DNA of 64,000 bases, taken from contig JAJEBG010000051.1 in NCBI GenBank assembly GCA_022824005.1, positions 5,143-69,142 of the forward strand, in the 5' to 3' direction. The notes under the pieces were generated by a model. The model was not told the origin of the DNA, made no database searches, and saw nothing but the letters and a program-made list of their open reading frames with translations. Made by a program: the position numbers and the translations under genes. The DNA is from Paracoccaceae bacterium. GTDB taxonomy: Bacteria > Pseudomonadota > Alphaproteobacteria > Rhodobacterales > Rhodobacteraceae. Of this stretch, positions 61,201-64,000 are shown piece after piece (position 1 is the first letter of the stretch; each line of letters begins with the position of its first letter).

Positions 61201-63627
61201 TCATGCCTCACAAAGCGGCAGTTCAATGACGGCTTGAGCGCCCGCATGATCATTTCCATCAAATATAGGCGCATCTTGCAGGTGAAATTTACCTCGATGT
61301 TTCTTTACCATGGCCTCGACGATTGTCAATCCTCTTCCCCGGCCCGCGCCCCGCGTCGAGACCCCCACTGCGGTAAAATCTATTTTGCCCTTTGCCAATC
61401 CTGCCCCATTATCACTGATTGAGATCAACACTGTGTTTTGGGTTGATGGTTGAATTTGAATGCGGATTTCTTGACATTTGACCTCTGAGCCGTTGGATTT
61501 TGGTTTCTCCTCAAAGGCTTCGATTGAGTCAATGGCATTTTTAATTAAATTTTCGAAGACATCACGCAAACTGCGTTTGTCTATACGAACCTTCATTTTA
61601 TCGTTTGTTTCACAATTAAGTTTCAAATTGAGATGAGGTCGCCGTTGCCGTGTCTCGCCAACAAATTGGACAAAAACCTCGTAAATATCGTGCTCTTCTA
61701 ATACGATTTCACCCAATACTCCGGGAATACGAAAGCGATTGACCAAATCGGCGACGCGATCAAGATTGCTGTCAATCGCTTGGTATTGCTTTTGGATTTT
61801 ATGCCTCGCCTCTTCGGATAATAAAATATCTAAATTGGACATCGCAAATTTAGCCGCTTGAAGCGGGCTTTTGAGGTCATGGGCCACTTGCTTGGCCGCT
61901 TCGACGGCAAATTTTGCCCTTTCTGACTCGGTCAGTTTGGTGACATCCTCAATCGAGAGAACAAATTGTTTTGATCCCATTTCGTGGCCCTGATGACCAT
62001 GCCATTCGGCTGCCCGCACCAACAATTCAATATGACTCTCACGACGCGCAAACAGAATTTTCTCGTGCCCTTCATGCCCTTTATGGATATCGTCAACGAG
62101 ATCAGCCCATGTTGCATGGAGGTCGGGCGAAATGTCACTCAAATGTTTCATTTTTCCGTTCGACTCAAATTCGACATCAAGAATCTTCCTGGCCGCCTTG
62201 TTATAAAATGTCACATCACCATTGGCCGCGACACCGATAACCCCTGCTGATACCGTTTCAAGTACGGAATCAAATTTGCGCCGCTCTTCCTCCTCTTGGC
62301 TATACTTAAGCGCCAGTTGATCTTGCCTTTCGACGAGACGTTCAACCATTTCTTTGAAACTTCTTCCCAATCGTGCAATTTCGTCATCGCCACCAAATAC
62401 CGGAATAGTGACTTCGCGGTCATCGCCTTTCACTCTGTTAGCGAGGGAGGCGAGTTTTTCAACCGGACGCGAGACCTGTTTGGCAATCCGGTTTGACACC
62501 TGCAACATCAAGGACAATAGGACGGCAAGCAACAAGACATAAATGATGGACCCAATGAGAACCTGTAAAGCCAATCGGTTGATGATCTTGTCGCTGCTGT
62601 TGGTTTGACTGGCAATATAGAGTTGCAAGATTTCTTCATTGATTTGTTTTTGGCCGTAGACAAATCGCTCTTCGGTATCTTCCAAACGCGCCAAAGCATA
62701 TAATTTATCCGAACCCTGACGCCGAAAGACCACGGTTGAAATTCCCGTGTTGGCATCAGCGATATCATCCTTAATGTCGGGGCAATCCCCGCCGCGTTCA
62801 TTTCGGTAGCATCGGAACGCTTCGGGCTCGCCAATATCCTGAGTTGTTTGGCAAGGTATTCCCAAATCACCCCTTGCCACATCTGCATTTTCGATACCCA
62901 GATATCTGATGGCAAGGGAGGAGACGGTGTCACAATCAAACACATAACTGTCGCGGCCCCGTGCCACGACATTTCCTAAGGGGTTGACAATAAATGTGTG
63001 GTCAAAGGGGGAGGTTTCGGGCAATCTTTGCAAGGTTTGCCGTAATTCTCCCGCATTCACAATCGAGAGGTTGCCAATTTCATTCGCCACCTTTTGGCTG
63101 AGCGCGCCCATGGCAATATTTTGTTGTTGATACTGATTATCAATATAGCTGACGGCCGCACGTGTCGCGTTGTCCATTGGCACACGGATTTCACTGAATA
63201 TTCGATCTCCGAGTACGAAAATAATTGCCGTGCCGATGACCGCCGTCACGATGGCGGGAATTAATGCCATAAATGAAAAATGTCTGAGCAGACGTAGATA
63301 AAGCGGCGAGGCCACCTGATCGGAACGGCGCGCCTTTTCCCGCTTGCGCATTAATTGATAACCAATAAAGACAACGATTGTAAAACTTAAGACAAAGTCT
63401 GCGAGTAATGCCGCGAGGAGCCAGATTGTGACGTCGCCACCGGTATTAAAATACTCTTGAACCTGCGTCCAAGTGACGATGATCAAACTCAAGGCCGCGA
63501 CGACAAAAAACAGCATCGTCCAATTGCGCAGCCGCTTTAAAACATTCTCGCTCCACCCCGCCCCTCCGATTCCATCGGTTTGAGATTCGTCTCCCTTTAA
63601 CGTCGATAAATTCCGAATTTCCTTCAT
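61201..63627 (-). CDS. ntrY: Sensor histidine kinase NtrY
   Basis: 808 aa with N-terminal TM helices, HAMP, PAS, an H-box (AKQVAHDLKSPL) and HATPase (GRGRGLTIVEAMV). Lies directly after ntrC. Confidence 0.9.
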   Translation of the reverse strand: MKEIRNLSTLKGDESQTDGIGGAGWSENVLKRLRNWTMLFFVVAALSLIIVTWTQVQEYFNTGGDVTIWLLAALLADFVLSFTIVVFIGYQLMRKREKARRSDQVASPLYLRLLRHFSFMALIPAIVTAVIGTAIIFVLGDRIFSEIRVPMDNATRAAVSYIDNQYQQQNIAMGALSQKVANEIGNLSIVNAGELRQTLQRLPETSPFDHTFIVNPLGNVVARGRDSYVFDCDTVSSLAIRYLGIENADVARGDLGIPCQTTQDIGEPEAFRCYRNERGGDCPDIKDDIADANTGISTVVFRRQGSDKLYALARLEDTEERFVYGQKQINEEILQLYIASQTNSSDKIINRLALQVLIGSIIYVLLLAVLLSLMLQVSNRIAKQVSRPVEKLASLANRVKGDDREVTIPVFGGDDEIARLGRSFKEMVERLVERQDQLALKYSQEEEERRKFDSVLETVSAGVIGVAANGDVTFYNKAARKILDVEFESNGKMKHLSDISPDLHATWADLVDDIHKGHEGHEKILFARRESHIELLVRAAEWHGHQGHEMGSKQFVLSIEDVTKLTESERAKFAVEAAKQVAHDLKSPLQAAKFAMSNLDILLSEEARHKIQKQYQAIDSNLDRVADLVNRFRIPGVLGEIVLEEHDIYEVFVQFVGETRQRRPHLNLKLNCETNDKMKVRIDKRSLRDVFENLIKNAIDSIEAFEEKPKSNGSEVKCQEIRIQIQPSTQNTVLISISDNGAGLAKGKIDFTAVGVSTRGAGRGRGLTIVEAMVKKHRGKFHLQDAPIFDGNDHAGAQAVIELPLCEA

Positions 63628-63628
63628 G

Positions 63629-64000
63629 TCAGGACTTTGTGTCAGAGATTTCGAGATCGCGAATTTTTTTTCGCAAAGTGTTGCGATTTATGCCGAGGAT
63701 TTCAGCGCACTTTGCGCGACTGCCCCGTGTCGCTTGCAAAATTGAAGAAATGAGAGGCACCTCAACTTCTCGGACGACGCGAAGATAGAGGCCCGGTGAC
63801 GGCAAATCAGGACGACAATCGGCAAGGTATTCTTCAATGTCACGGCGGATCCGCTCGCGAAAAGCATTGATGGCGGGTTCGGGATCGGACAACAGCGAAG
63901 CTCGATCGAGATGCAATGAGCCGGCGATATCATGCCACGTAATTTCATCGTGAGACACAGACAACGAGGCCTTAATGACGGCGTTTTTTAACTCGCGGAC
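63629..64000 (-). CDS. ntrC: Nitrogen regulation response regulator NtrC, C-terminal part (5' end outside the window)
   Basis: The frame is open to the window edge. It reads ...VRELKNAVIKASL... and ends in the Fis-type HTH SRAKCAEILGINRNTLRKKIRDLEI. Context is ntrC-ntrY-ntrX. Confidence 0.85.
   Translation of the reverse strand, partial: VRELKNAVIKASLSVSHDEITWHDIAGSLHLDRASLLSDPEPAINAFRERIRRDIEEYLADCRPDLPSPGLYLRVVREVEVPLISSILQATRGSRAKCAEILGINRNTLRKKIRDLEISDTKS

Overview
This is a gene-dense core chromosomal segment of about 55 CDS and one tRNA. The synteny is clearly alphaproteobacterial. In order it carries kdsA (partial), nhaA, rodA-mrdA-mreD-mreC-mreB, leuA, nadE, gltX, rlmE, recA and alaS. 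Next come a eukaryote-like NADP-icd, lipA, and an Rrf2 / NifS-like / sufBCD / two membrane ORFs / sufS operon. These are followed by a lone rfbA, tRNA-Arg(CCG), phoR-pstB-phoU-phoB, aroQ, tsf-rpsB, an orphan family-5 solute-binding protein, mfd and hemB. The window ends with a penicillin/AHL-acylase family gene and hfq-trkH-trkA-ntrX-ntrY-ntrC (partial). I found no CRISPR array, IS element, integrase, prophage, rRNA, or recognisable defence, secretion or biosynthetic cluster, and I see no convincing multi-gene novel system. The spots worth a second look are listed here. (1) A roughly 1.5 kb islet between phoB and aroQ has orphan small ORFs, GC-rich patches, a strong terminator and a decayed RHH-type gene with an in-frame amber codon. 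(2) A 430-bp intergenic region (46372-46819) is dense in inverted repeats and has an orphan intrinsic terminator and a 12-nt anti-SD/SD complement. (3) A leucine-rich leader ORF with interleaved helices lies upstream of leuA. (4) Two membrane proteins are embedded in the suf operon. (5) The pho locus lacks pstSCA, has a soluble PhoR placed 20 nt after a tRNA, and carries a good Pho box plus three abutting GANTC sites. (6) A secreted all-MORN-repeat protein sits next to a decayed autotransporter-like pseudogene. All function calls come from reading the translated ORFs and recognising motifs; no database search was run.
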